Origin: the human T2T-CHM13v2.0 reference genome, Homo sapiens
Length of the DNA stretch: 64,000 nt
Strand: one strand, 5' to 3'
Assembly: GCF_009914755.1 (NCBI RefSeq)
Contig: NC_060932.1
The translations under genes were made by a program, and so were the position numbers. The notes beneath the pieces are model-generated. The model saw only the letters and a program-made list of their open reading frames with translations. It was not told the origin of the DNA and ran no database searches. The first letter of the stretch is position 1. Every line of letters begins with the position of its first letter. Positions 52,404 to 64,000 of the stretch are shown piece after piece.

Positions 52404-53344
52404 TGACTCCACAATTAAGGCAAGACTGAGATGCCAGGAACCAGGGCAGGAATCCAATAGGAGGATAGGGGCAGACACCCATAGCTTCCTCCAGACATCA
52501 AGCTGAGGGGTTGCATACTGCTTCTAGCTCTGCCCACGTGAAGCGATGAGATCTGCAAATATGCAGCTCAAGGAGTGAAGAGTCTCCATGTAGGGTGTGA
52601 GCAGGCAGAGGTTGAAAACAAACATAAACCATCCGGGTACATCTATGTCTCCTTTCCCTCCTCTGTGAATATGAAAAAGTGAAGCACGAAGCAGGGATTA
52701 TTTCTAAACTTGTTAGCTAGATCCTGACAGTTTAGACGTGAGGTATTTCTAACCTCTGTCATTGTAAATTCTGACTCGATGTTTTTCTCTCACTGAGAAT
52801 CCCTAAGTGTTTCTTCTTTTTTTGTCTTGGGTTTTGTTTCCCACTAAGTAAAATTTAAGGAAGGAGTCTAAAGATTTGGTTTCAGACCAATTATCTCAGG
52901 TGGTTCGTTAAACTGAGGTCTGTAAAGTGAATCTATAATCGAAGGATGTTCCAAAGGATGCTGCTGACAGAGAACAAAGTGACAACTCAAGCTTACAAAG
53001 GTCAATTTCAGTGCTTTTTAGTTAATGCCAAAAGCAACTTGAATCAGCATTGAAACTTTCTTCTAAAGGGCCGTAAGAGTAGGTGTAAATCCATCTTTTA
53101 TTTTAATTCATTGGTTTACACTGCATAGATTCATTCTCCTCTTCCTACTCCCACACCAGTTGAAATAAATTCAGTTGTTTCTGTCTCAGAGGAAGGTCAC
53201 ATCCATTCTAACTGAACAGGGCCTAAGGCTGATTCTGGAAATGACTCTGTAGCAGAACATACCTGCTAAATATTTGTGGTGTCTTTAGACAGATAGAATG
53301 TAGCAGGTTCAGAATAAAAGAAATATAGCACTTTCTTTCAAAAT

Positions 53345-53493
53345 TTTTTTTACATTTTTAAAAATTTTTATTTTGTAGAGTCAGGGTCTCACTATGTTGC
53401 CAAGGCTGGTCTTGAACTCCTGGGCTGAAGCAGTCTTCCTGCCTTGGCCTCTGAAAGTGCTGGGATTACTGGTGTGAGCCATCACACCTGGCC
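53345..53493 (-). mobile_element. FLAM (Alu left monomer)
   Basis: GGGTCTCACTATGTTGCC...CTCCTGGGCTGAAGC...GAGCCATCACACCTGGCC single monomer. Confidence 0.85.
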
Positions 53494-53554
53494 CAAAATA
53501 GAACCCTTTCAAAAGCCTGTTAGTTTTGTATAATTTTAACAGAGGCAGAGATAT

Positions 53555-53810
53555 TCATTATTCATTATTACCCATTATTTTTTCCAGAAATGTTTCCTAA
53601 AAGGCTCTTATGTTCCAGATCAAGTGCTGTGTGCTAGGGATTCAAAGGTGAAACTTAGCCTTGCCCTTGAGGAGCCCACAGTCCAGGAGAGATTGAGGGA
53701 GACTCAGAGCTAAATAATGAAAACTCCCCATAAGGGAGACTTCTGAGAGGACAGCACTGATTGCCCAAAAGGCCAAAAAGGTTTCCTAGTGAACGTGGGG
53801 GTGGAGCTAA
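53555..53810 (-). mobile_element. L2 fragment
   Basis: GTGCTAGGGATTCAAAGGTGAA...CTTGCCCTTGAGGAGCCCACAGTC. Confidence 0.55.
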
Positions 53811-55549
53811 TCACAGAGGGCATTTTTCTTTCTGAAATGAGAATAGACCTAAAAACAAAACAAAACAAAACAAAACAGAACAAAACCTGTCAACCATGAG
53901 GTCCAGCACAAGCTGAGAGTGACACAAAGCTGGCTAGGGCCAACGACAACCGCGAAAGCAGGAGAGGATCGAAACACGATGTAGGCTGAAAATACTTTTA
54001 AAAAATTGAAAATATTTTCAAAAGCAGGTGAGGAAACAAGAATCACTCGTTGATCCTTTTGATCAGGCCACATTGGGATGTGTGAATCTCCTGCTACTTT
54101 GAATTGATCAAAGTACTGATCATTTAACTTTTCTACTTACCCCGTAGCTGTTGGTTGGATTTTGTTCTTTGTGTGGACGGCTTGTGATTTAATAGCAAGT
54201 GTGGGTAGATTTCAACTGGGCTCTCTGCGTCTGAGCAGCCTCTCCTCTCAGCCTCATATAGCAGGTGCCACTGCAGCCCTGGAAGGTAAATATGAATGTC
54301 ACTAGACATCTCTGAAACCACAGACTTTTAAAACTGACTTCCTATCAGACCCTGTAGGGCCCTGGTCTCTGAAGGTAAGAAATTTTCAACCCTCCAGTTC
54401 CTGTGGCTTTTGAGAGAACATCCCAAGAGGACTCTACAGGACCAATGATGACGGGTAAAATTAAATCAGCCCATGAGTCCCAAACATTGCAGTTACAGTT
54501 ACAGGTATCATTCATTATCAATATACTCCCCAAGAATTAAATTGAGATGTATAAGTGTGCATATGCGTGTGCACACAAGTGTGTACGTGTAATCAATATG
54601 AGTAATTTCCATCCTGGGTCTGGTTTTTACACTTCATTTTTCCAGTCCCTGAGAGCCCTAAAAAATCTAGTGCCCCATAACCCAACAGAATGCTAAGAAG
54701 CTAATGCTTTTGTTGTTTACACTTATATCACACTTCTCTGTCACTTTCTTCTCTGGGACTCCTGCAGTAAGTATTTGGGTGCTAAACATTAATATTTTTT
54801 AACAAACAACATGTTGCAGAGTCATTTGTACCTTCCCATATGGTAGATATATAATATTCATCTTCTACCCCTTTCTGGGAAAATACAAAGCAATGACGTG
54901 AGATGCTTCAGTCTCAGGTCCCTGAACTTGCCAGTACATGACGGGGGGCCTTGGCCTTGGATGGAGAATGTTTTGCTCATCCTGGAACGTTCCTCTCCCC
55001 CTCACTCTAAGAACCTGGATAGTGGTCCTGAACTTCTGAATCCCTCCTCCTCACCAAGTCCCTTGGGGGTGCACCTCGTTCCTGAGAAGTGCTGCAGGTA
55101 GGTACCTTCTACTGGAAAATGGGGCAGAGGCCAAGGTAGAATGGAAAAGAGACTCCTGGGATTCACCATGGGGACATGGAGACCCTGAACTGTTGGATTT
55201 GAAAAAGGTGAGGGGCTCATTGAAAGGAAGCAACCAGCCAAAAACAGTGAAATTTGTGAACTTGTGTCATGTTCCAACTTTGTCACATCCTGTGCTTGCG
55301 AGGTGTGGATCAGACTGTAATTCCATCTGAACATGGCAGAAATGAGTGGCTGACTCAGACCTGTATTTTAGCAAGTTCTGTGTCTCTTCCTTTGTAGTCT
55401 TTCTAATTGTGCTGCTGCCGTTGGCCGCCTCTCCAGCTTCCAGGGTGGCTGTGTGATTTCTAACATCCTCTGCTGACTTCCCAGATGCTGAGCCAATGCT
55501 ACGTCCTTCCCACTTGCCACTGGCCAGACACAAGGACCTCCCATTATTC

Positions 55550-55760
55550 TCAAGTCCAGCTTTCAGCAACCCCAGGCTTGAGTCCCAGCTCTGCCACCTA
55601 TGACCTATGTGATCTTGAGCAAAAGTACCCAAATCTCCTTAGCCTCATTGTTTTTCCATGATAACATAGTCTCAATCCAATAGTTTTGTAAGGACTAAGC
55701 GAGAGCAAGCTTTTTAAGTTGCTTGGCCCAAATCCCACCCTGAAGTAGTTCAATATACAT
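55550..55760 (+). mobile_element. MIR
   Basis: TTGAGTCCCAGCTCTGCCACCTA...TGTGATCTTGAGCAA. Confidence 0.7.
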
Positions 55761-58592
55761 GTGCTGTTTTTCACAGGATGATTTTACATTAGGTGGTTAT
55801 ATAGCATCTGTAACAGTCCACCTTCCCACTCTGATGTGGTGATTTTGGCAGAGGCAATGGCTGGGAATGAGTCTCCATGGTTAGGAACTTTGCTCTCCAG
55901 GATGACTCAGGGACCGAAACAGTCACGTTGTAATGCTAAGCCTATGCGGAGCTTCTTAGGGGTAGGAGGCATAGAATACATCATGTGCCACCGAGCTAAA
56001 GAATTGCCATGCCATGCAGTGGTCACACTCTATTCTGTCAGTCACTGGTTTGAATAGACCTAGGAGAAATGCTTCAATACATCAAGACAGCCAGACCAAG
56101 TCCTGATGCAAAGCCCATGGCTAGCAGACTCAGAGCAAGTTCAAAAGGTGAGAAAAGAATGGAGTTACCTCGCTCTGTGACTGTGATGGTCTTAGTTAAC
56201 CAATCTTGGGCCCCAGAATCCTTGGGACGGTCATGGTCAATTGAGCTGTGGATACCACACCCTTCACTGGCTCCCAAAATCCACTCAGGCTTCCCTTCCC
56301 ACATGTTTCTGGAACACCCTCCATCCCCAGCAAGAGTTCTCAGATAGCCTGCCAATGAGTCTTGGTGTGGCTGGTCCCCAAGGTGGGCTGCCCAGCTTCA
56401 GAAGCCACCTCCTCTCTGGCCCTGGGACACCAGTCTTCTGCTGCAGGTCACCTCATCCTACAGCAGCTAAGCTCCTCCCTTCACTCACTGTCTTGTAAAT
56501 GGACCAAGACCCTTCCCTTAATTCCCTGCAGCAATTGCTGAGACCAGATTTTGAAATTGTGGACAAGACTTAACTGATGGTATTGGGGCTAACAGGAGAG
56601 AAATATAACATAGACACTTGGAATACAACTGCAACGAGAGGGGGTCAGACCAGCCTTCCTGCTCAGTTTCCAGTCTTCTATGGTCCCCCAAAGACAGAGG
56701 GTGAGCTATGCTTCCTCTCCCTTCATCCCCTACCAAAAAGCCACACTCAGAGACCCAGATGTCCCTCAATCCTATCCCAAAATAAACATCACCCAGCAGA
56801 TCACCATATCTCAGTCTAAGACATATGCCTCCCAGTTAAATTGCCTCCCAGTTCGACCCTCAGACCCGGGCTACCTGCCTCCACACAGGTTTAATCCAAG
56901 AGCCCATGCAGAGGCTTTTAGAAAACAATGATGTCTCCCCCAAAAGTAAATTGATGCCTTCACAAAAATGGCTAGCAGCTTTTAAACCATTTTTCTAGTT
57001 CCTACTTATCAGGATTTCAAAATCTTAGAGCTGGTTGCACCAAGGACACTGTTAAAATAGGAGCTGCTCTATCACTGAAATCACTTCTAAAAAAAAGAAA
57101 CTGCAAAGGACTCAGGTTTCCATCAGCCGAGCTTTCACGATGAGTGTCCTACGCAGGGCCATTTGGCCACATAGACACAAACCCTCTGCACTGAAGCGTC
57201 CTGTTCTTTGTTTCCATCCTTTCACTCCCTCCTCTGTGGCAGGGCTGTTCTCGCACGCTTTGTGCCCTGCGTAATTGCTCTGCTGAGAGCCGATGAGTCA
57301 CCCATCACCACTTCTTTTTTTCTTTCTTTCCTTGCGTCAGCTGAAGTTAGTCGATATAATGTGCCACTATAATGTTCAGGATACTGTAAAGAAAATCTCT
57401 TATTTTTATTTTTATTTTTGTAAAAACTCCAGCTTAGCTGGTCTTTGGAAAATAACTGGAAGGATCTAGTATTTTCTGCAAGTTGAAGCACTCTCGAGAT
57501 GTTTCCTATGTTTTAATTCTTTGGCAAATGCCAGTTTCTTATACGATATAGGAGAAAAGAATTGATTAAAAATATGTGTTTTGAATCAAAACTGACTCAG
57601 TTAAAAATATATATATGTAACTTAGTCATGCAACCTGCTAGGCACCATTTGTAGGTAGCTCCACGGAAGAGCTCCCTCCAGTTGGAATCCCATTTCCAGT
57701 TTGAGATACCTTAGCACATCTCCCAGCCCCTCCCCCCCACCAGGGTCCTGATGCCCCATCTATGGAAGCTGGACTTTCCCTACAAGTGCCCAGAGCCCTG
57801 GGAGCAAGAGTGAGCTTTGGAGGGGACAGGGTAGGGAACCCCAGGGCTCCCCCCAGGGTTCTGGACAAAGAAGAAGAAAGTCCTGGAGTCCGTGAAGAAA
57901 GAACTAGGTTATTTATGGGAGAAATAAAACATCAGAAAGTACGTAAATATTTGAATAAACTTGTCTCAATAGCTTAATTGGAAAATTAGTTTTGACATCT
58001 TTCATTCTCTCCCCGTCTTCACCAAACATCCAGCAAAGCTTGGGTAACTCCTTCCTGAGAGCCAGGGGATGTGGAGATGATTGAGATCTGACCTTTGCTC
58101 CTGAAAACTTACCCAGACCATAGGGGTCCAGTGACCACCATTGTGATGGGGATGCTGTGAACAAGGGAAGCAGAGCTTGCTAAGACAACAGACAGGACAG
58201 GAGGAGCCTATACAAAATGGAGAGATCAGAAAAAGTTTCCTTAGTGCCTGATCATTGAGTAAGTACCAGGCAATGTGCCCTACCAAAAAGAGATGCATGT
58301 CTACCAACATGCCACTTCCTAAAGCCCAGCTCACATTTAACAAGCTCTTTTAGTGACACTAGAATTTTGTGAATTAGATTTGTACCAAAACTAGCCCCAC
58401 TCTGATCCCCAGAACCACACAAGATGATGACAGCCGTAGGTGTGGAATCCAGCCTTCCTGGGAGAAGTAGGGCAGGAACAACCCACTGACAGCCAGTGTG
58501 AGAGCAGCATTTGCAGCCCGGGTTACCTGCTCCACACTGGTTCTGCAACCCAGCTTCCTGCCACAGACCTGCCCATCCAGGTCTGGGAACGC

Positions 58593-58619
58593 CGCGCGCG
58601 CACACACACACACACACAC
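58593..58619. repeat. (CG)4(CA)9 alternating purine-pyrimidine tract
   Basis: CGCGCGCGCACACACACACACACACAC directly visible. Confidence 0.95.
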
Positions 58620-59567
58620 CCCAGATCTGGAGGGGCAGGTGCTTAACGCATTTTGTTCCACAGCAGGTGAGCAGCGCAATCTAATTCTTGACTCATAGAT
58701 CAGGGTGGGAAGCGGACTTCCACTGAAAGCATGCCCCCCTCTCTCTGTGACGCCTGCATTCAGCCAGGAGCCCTGCGCATGAGATAGCAAGATTAATGAA
58801 AGTCTGACTAGCAGGCTCGTGGGCAGGGGGGAGTTCAGCCTATAATTGGAAAAATCAAGCAGTAGATCAGTGTTTTCCAAAGAGAAGTCTCCTTTGTTCT
58901 AAAATAGCAATTCGGTGTTTAGTTAAAGACAGGCCCTGGTGACCCCTAATAACTCTTAGCGGGTTCCTTTATGCCTCTAATAGAAGCTGCAGCTCTTTGG
59001 CTCATTTTAAATTACTACCAAGTGTTGTGTAGGTTGGGGCTTCTTGAAGGAAAAACAATTAATTGGAGAGGAAAAGCTATTCCTTAGCAACCACAGATAA
59101 AGGCAGTTCCCTTAATATAATCTGAGATGGAATCTAGCTCAGCAGAGCTGGGGCAAAAAATAGCTTTTCTCTGATCAAGGTGCCTGAGTTCCAGTTAAAG
59201 GAAATTAGGGAGGCCCTGGCTTCAGGATGCTTAAGACCACAGACAGCATTGCCCATGGGGAACACCCCTCATGACAGTGGAACATAGACATAAAGGGGCA
59301 TCCAGCATCATGCAGCCAGGACATCAGGACATGGTCATTATCACAGTCCTTTGGCTAATGTGTATTTTTAATCCCCCTCTTTTCCCAATTACAATAAAGC
59401 TGAAAGGAAAGTGATTTTAGCAGTCTGAGTAACCATGTTGACAGGGTAATCGTCCACGATGACATTGGTTCTTGCATCTGCAGAATATGATTGAAATTGA
59501 ATAGTATGCACTTAGTTATACAAGCTCCATCCAAATAAGATTAGAGACAGGTTCTAAAATGCACTGT

Positions 59568-59631
59568 GAACTTCCAGATAAATAATAAGAACTTCCAGAT
59601 AAATAATATTATTTATTCCAGATAAATAATA
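59568..59631 (+). repeat. Three copies of TTCCAGATAAATAATA
   Basis: Copies within 59568-59587, 59589-59608 and at 59616-59631. Confidence 0.92.
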
Positions 59632-60297
59632 AAACAGGGAAGAGAGCACAATAAAGGTAAACACTATGGGACAAAGCCAGAGAGCAAAGTGAGCACAGCA
59701 AACACATGACCGTAGGGGCCCATGCAATTGTGTGTGTGCATTAACTGAGGTTAGTATCCCAAATGCACTCGCACTACACCCTGTAGTATGTAGCTCTGTG
59801 TGTGTGTGTATATGTGTGTGTGTGTGCATGCACACTGAAGAAGATCCACCAGGTTGAGTAGCAATTGTGACCCACAGGGATCTACCCATAATTCCCACGT
59901 TGGCTTTCTCTGCCTGCCTTAATGCAAGGCTCAGCAAAACTTCCCACTTTCTGGAAAGAATCTATTCCCATCTGAACAATAGTCCAACTTACATCGATGA
60001 AAATTTCATAAGAAAGTTAGAGAAACTTTTTTTTTTCATCACATATACCACAGTGAATGCTCTGAATCTTCATGTAATATTTGATTTCTCCCCAGCCTTT
60101 CATCAAGGGGTCTCTCATTTTCTCTTGCAGCTCTCATCCTCAAGATTCCAGTGTTTCAGCTCCAAAAATCCTCCTCTGGGCCTCCTATCTCACGCTTTTT
60201 TTCAATTGCATCCTACAAACTCACATAACTCCTTGTCCAGACTCACATAACAAAGATCCCAGTTGCAGGATCTGCTCATTTTGAGAAGCAGAAACTT

Positions 60298-60450
60298 GCT
60301 AAGTACAGTGCCTCATGCCTATAATGCCTATAATATCAGCTACTCAGGAGGCTGAGACAGGAGGATTATTTGAGGCCAGGAGTTTGAGACCAGCCTTGGC
60401 AGTACAGCAAGACCTTATCTCTTTTAAAATAATTTAAAAATTAGCTGGGA
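60298..60450 (+). mobile_element. Old Alu left monomer (FLAM/AluJ fragment)
   Basis: GGAGGATTATTTGAGGCCAGGAGTTTGAGACCAGCC followed by an A-rich linker and AATTAGCTGGG. Confidence 0.8.
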
Positions 60451-62894
60451 ATGAAAAAAAAAGCCAAGACAACATATAAATAACCATAACATTTTGTCCT
60501 ATCCAATTTATCAAGAAGGATTTTGGCATAGAGTTTGGAAATAACATCTGACAAAGCAACAGCCCATGGTTAACCCTGTGTCTTGGTAGGTATGCATTTC
60601 AAAGGAACAGGGCAAGTTCTGGATAATATTTCTTCTAGAGACTTCCTTCATGATGTTGCAGGGAGTCCGTGACCACATTGATGTCTGCCTCTAGGTCACT
60701 GTCACTGCTACACTAACATCCAGGCCTGTTTCATCTTTACTTATCCCTTAAACAAAATGCAATCCAAAAAATCCTGGGGTTCTTCAGTAAGACCATGTTT
60801 GTTTTTAGTCGAGTTCACATCCAGATGTAAAAGGCTATGGCTTTTTTTGCCTTCAACATTCTCATTACTAGTCAGAAGTGTAAATTAATTCATGCTTAAA
60901 ATAGGAAATGGCCTGACTGCCCACAACTCTCTGAGTGATTCATGAATCAATTGGACGGGGTTCTCTCTAATCTGTCCACACTCTCTCCCTGTTCTGTTTG
61001 TAACACTTTCTCTGCAGTGTTAAAAGTTAAGTCTGTGACCATTAACAGCATCCACTAGAGACGGATCCTTCTGCTCTGGACTCATCAGAATGGTGCCCCC
61101 ACCAGACAAACACACAAGCCCCAGGCCTCACCCACACTTAACCAATAAGGCAGGAACCTCAGAGACAAGTACTTTGCTGAGCTTGACAGAGTCCCAGCAG
61201 AAGTAAAATGCTGGTGATTTATATGGAGTCCCAGAGTTCATCCAAATATTAATTGGTATTAGAATTACAGCATTTTAGAGCTACAAGGGAGCTTATTGAT
61301 GATGTAGTTAAACATCACAGAGTTCCTGAAGAGACTCAGGGAAAATGAGTGAATTAATTAAGAGACTTTGGCTTCTGTGAGCCAGAGAAGGGCCTGAGCT
61401 CAGGTGGGCAGCTCAACTCTTGCTGGGCAACTGCAAGGGCTGTTCAGGCCAGAAAAGCCTGAGGGCCTGGGAGAGACTAGCTCAGAATCGTGTCATATTT
61501 AGTAGGCAGAATAAATGTCCTCCTCCGAGACCACTGAATAAAAATCAAGTCATTTTCCCAGAACCTTCCTTCTCTGGTCACTTCCTCAAAATGAAGAATT
61601 GCCTGTGGCCAGGAGAAACTGTAGGTGGAGAGATGGAACCCTGTGGGAAAGTTCCTGTCAGTTCTCAACCTGGAGAGGTCATTAAGGCTCCACCAGCCTC
61701 AGAAACAGGAAGGAGGATAATAAGCACCAATACTTGTACAGGACTTAGAATGTACCAGACGCCCTATAAGTGCTTCACATACGTGACCCTACGTACCCTC
61801 TTCTTCCAAGCTTGGGTTTGAGCCCAGCAGTCTGTCTCCGGGGGCTGCTCCTAACCCCTTCAGGTCCCATATCACCTGAATGTTGAGTTTTAGGAAAGGA
61901 CTGAGGTGACTCACATACAGGATATGCCACAGCCTGGCACCTCAACAAACATGGAATCTGTCACCATTACTGCTGCTATTGCTTTTTTTCTTCTCCAGTT
62001 CGGTAAATGTTAATGGCAGGGGCATAACCTCATCCCTGGGGGATCTCTCCTCATTGGCTTACTTTGTTCTCATCTCAAACCTTTCGGAGGCTGGAATCAG
62101 GACCTATCCATTCAAATTCCAGATGTGTTACTTGCGCCTAATTGCAGAACTCCTCCCTTTGCTCTGACGCAAACTTAAAGAGCAGGGAGGCTGAGGTTCT
62201 GAAAGAACTAAACCTTTGAAATTCCAATGAGAAGATTAAAATGTGAAACCACTTAAGGGCCTGCACTTTGACAGACTGTCTGTCGGTGTGACTCAGCCAT
62301 CTGATCTTCCTGGGCCTGAAGGAAAAGACATTTTTGTCCTTCCCTCAGGTAGATAACTCACTTCCTTGAAACACGTCACTGTTGTGGAAAAGTGGGTTTG
62401 AAGAAAATCATTCTTGACATCTCTATTTGGCAGCAGTGTTTCTACAGTGCTACTATTCATCCTTGATGCAAAATTGTGTGTTTTGATCTTGGCCCTACCC
62501 TCAATGACAAAATTTCGAAGAGATAGAAAACTAGGCTAGAGTTTCCCTAGTTACGAGATTTGCAAATGTGTAATGGAGTTGAATCTTCAAGGCGTGCTCT
62601 TCCATCAAGCTACATAACCCCAAAGGCACCATGTCTGGGAAGCCACCCACAGTGATTTTACACACTTGTCGTAATATGAATGTGAGCACACACCGTGCAC
62701 CAGTCACCCTTTTGCAATGAAATACAGGATTACAATTAAATAACATACTTTTATGAAACACAAATGATCACCACTTGCTTTTTAAATGAGAAATAACAAA
62801 AGTTGAGACCAGAAGTAAAGAACTGCCGTATGTAAGCACCAGTTAGGGGCTACTTCCTTTGAAGCCTCAAGGGCAGCCAGTGAGAGCAGACAGA

Positions 62895-63050
62895 ACAGAA
62901 ACTTTGAAGCCAGACAGACTAGAGTTTCAATCCTGAAGCAGATCAATTTCTCCGCGCGACCTCAGGCAAATCACTGGATTTCTCTGAGCTGAAGTTTCCT
63001 CATCTATTTAAATAATCCTTTTCTGGGGTCATCACAAGGCAAGATCACAT
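62895..63050 (+). mobile_element. MIR
   Basis: CTTTGAAGCCAGACAGAC...GTTTCCTCATCTAT. Confidence 0.65.
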
Positions 63051-63219
63051 GTCCTCACACAGGGTGAACAATTCATCAACAGTGCTTTCCCTTCTTTCTT
63101 GGAATTCAAATGGACTAGGGTGAGGGAGTGGTCACTGTTATTTGCATAGGCATGGGGGGAGGCAAGAAGCTTGGGGGAAAGGGAGAATGTGCAGTGTGCT
63201 CTGCCCCACTGAGGGAAGG

Positions 63220-63584
63220 TGTATTAGCCTGTTCTCATGCTGCTATAAAGGACTGCCCAAGACTGGATGATTTATAAAGGAAAGAGGTTTAATTGACTCA
63301 CAGTTCCGCATGGCTCAGGAGGCCTCAGGAAACTTACAATCATGGCAGAAGGGGAAGCAAACATATCCTTTGACGGCAGGAAGAAGTGCCAAGCAAAAGG
63401 GGGAAAAGCCCTTTATAAAACCATCAGATCTTGTGAGAACTCACTCACTATCACGAGAACAGCATGAGGGTAACTGCCCCCATGGTTCAATGACCTCCCA
63501 CCAGGACCCTCCCACGACACATGGGGATTATGGGAAGTACAATTCAAGATGAAATTTGGGTGGAAACACAGCCAAACCACACCA
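63220..63584 (-). mobile_element. MaLR solo LTR, THE1C/D-like
   Basis: TGTATTAG...GAGGTTTAATTGACTCACAG...TACAATTCAAGATGA...CAGCCAAACCACACCA; perfect 5-bp TSD GAAGG. Confidence 0.93.
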
Positions 63585-63863
63585 GAAGGGAAATCTCAGA
63601 AGAACCCAGAATTTGGGCTCCCCTGGACTTTGTCCCTGGTGCAATCCTTCTACACTTTAAACTGCAGAGCATCCTATCCAAGGACTCCTTTCTGAGGCTC
63701 CTCCTGCCCAGGACATCTGAGTGTCCCTGAACACTCTCCTCTCAGATCACTGCAGCTCTCAGGGTCCTGGCTCCTCTTTTTCTTCTTGTGGGTTTAAAAA
63801 AAACAATTCTAAAGAAGAACAGAGGTTTTCTGTTTTATCTTCACACATAACCAGAGAAAGACT

Positions 63864-64000
63864 TGCTATGGTTTGAGTATTTGATGCCTCCAAACCTCAT
63901 AGTGAAATCTGATCCCCAATGTTGGAGGTAAGGCCTGATGGGGGTGTTTGGGTCATGGAAGCAGATTCCTCATGAATAGCTTGGTGATGTCCTATGGTCA
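63864..64000 (+). mobile_element. MaLR LTR, MST-family (runs off the window)
   Basis: TGCTATGGTTTGA...GATCCCCAATGTTGGAGGT...TTTGGGTCATGG...CTCATGAATAGCTTGG. Confidence 0.85.

Overview
Primate (human-like) non-coding genomic DNA, not prokaryotic. It is a mosaic of interspersed repeats: about 13 Alu/FLAM/FRAM SINEs, many MIR and L2 relics, L1 3' fragments of several ages, about 16 solo LTRs (MaLR, ERVL and ERV1/MER4 classes) in both orientations, and five hAT-type DNA elements (MER1A, MER1B, MER58A, MER63, MER91). There are also simple repeats, including a 1.25-kb degenerate CA-rich array. I find no credible protein-coding gene, tRNA/rRNA gene or CRISPR array. The longer ORFs fall in Alu, L1, LTR or low-complexity sequence or have no recognisable homology. 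I could not identify the locus. Repeat family names are from recall of consensus sequences and should be confirmed with RepeatMasker/Dfam; boundaries of old elements are approximate. I do not see evidence for a new multi-gene biological system. The most notable observations are structural: a 238-bp, about 92% identical direct duplication 1,250 bp apart; a template-switch hairpin inside an L1MA 3' end; an Alu inserted into the centre of a pre-existing palindrome next to an inverted Alu partner; an AP-1-dense unique region at 55-62 kb; and several exon-like and enhancer-like motifs that hint at a possible spliced lncRNA or regulatory domain.
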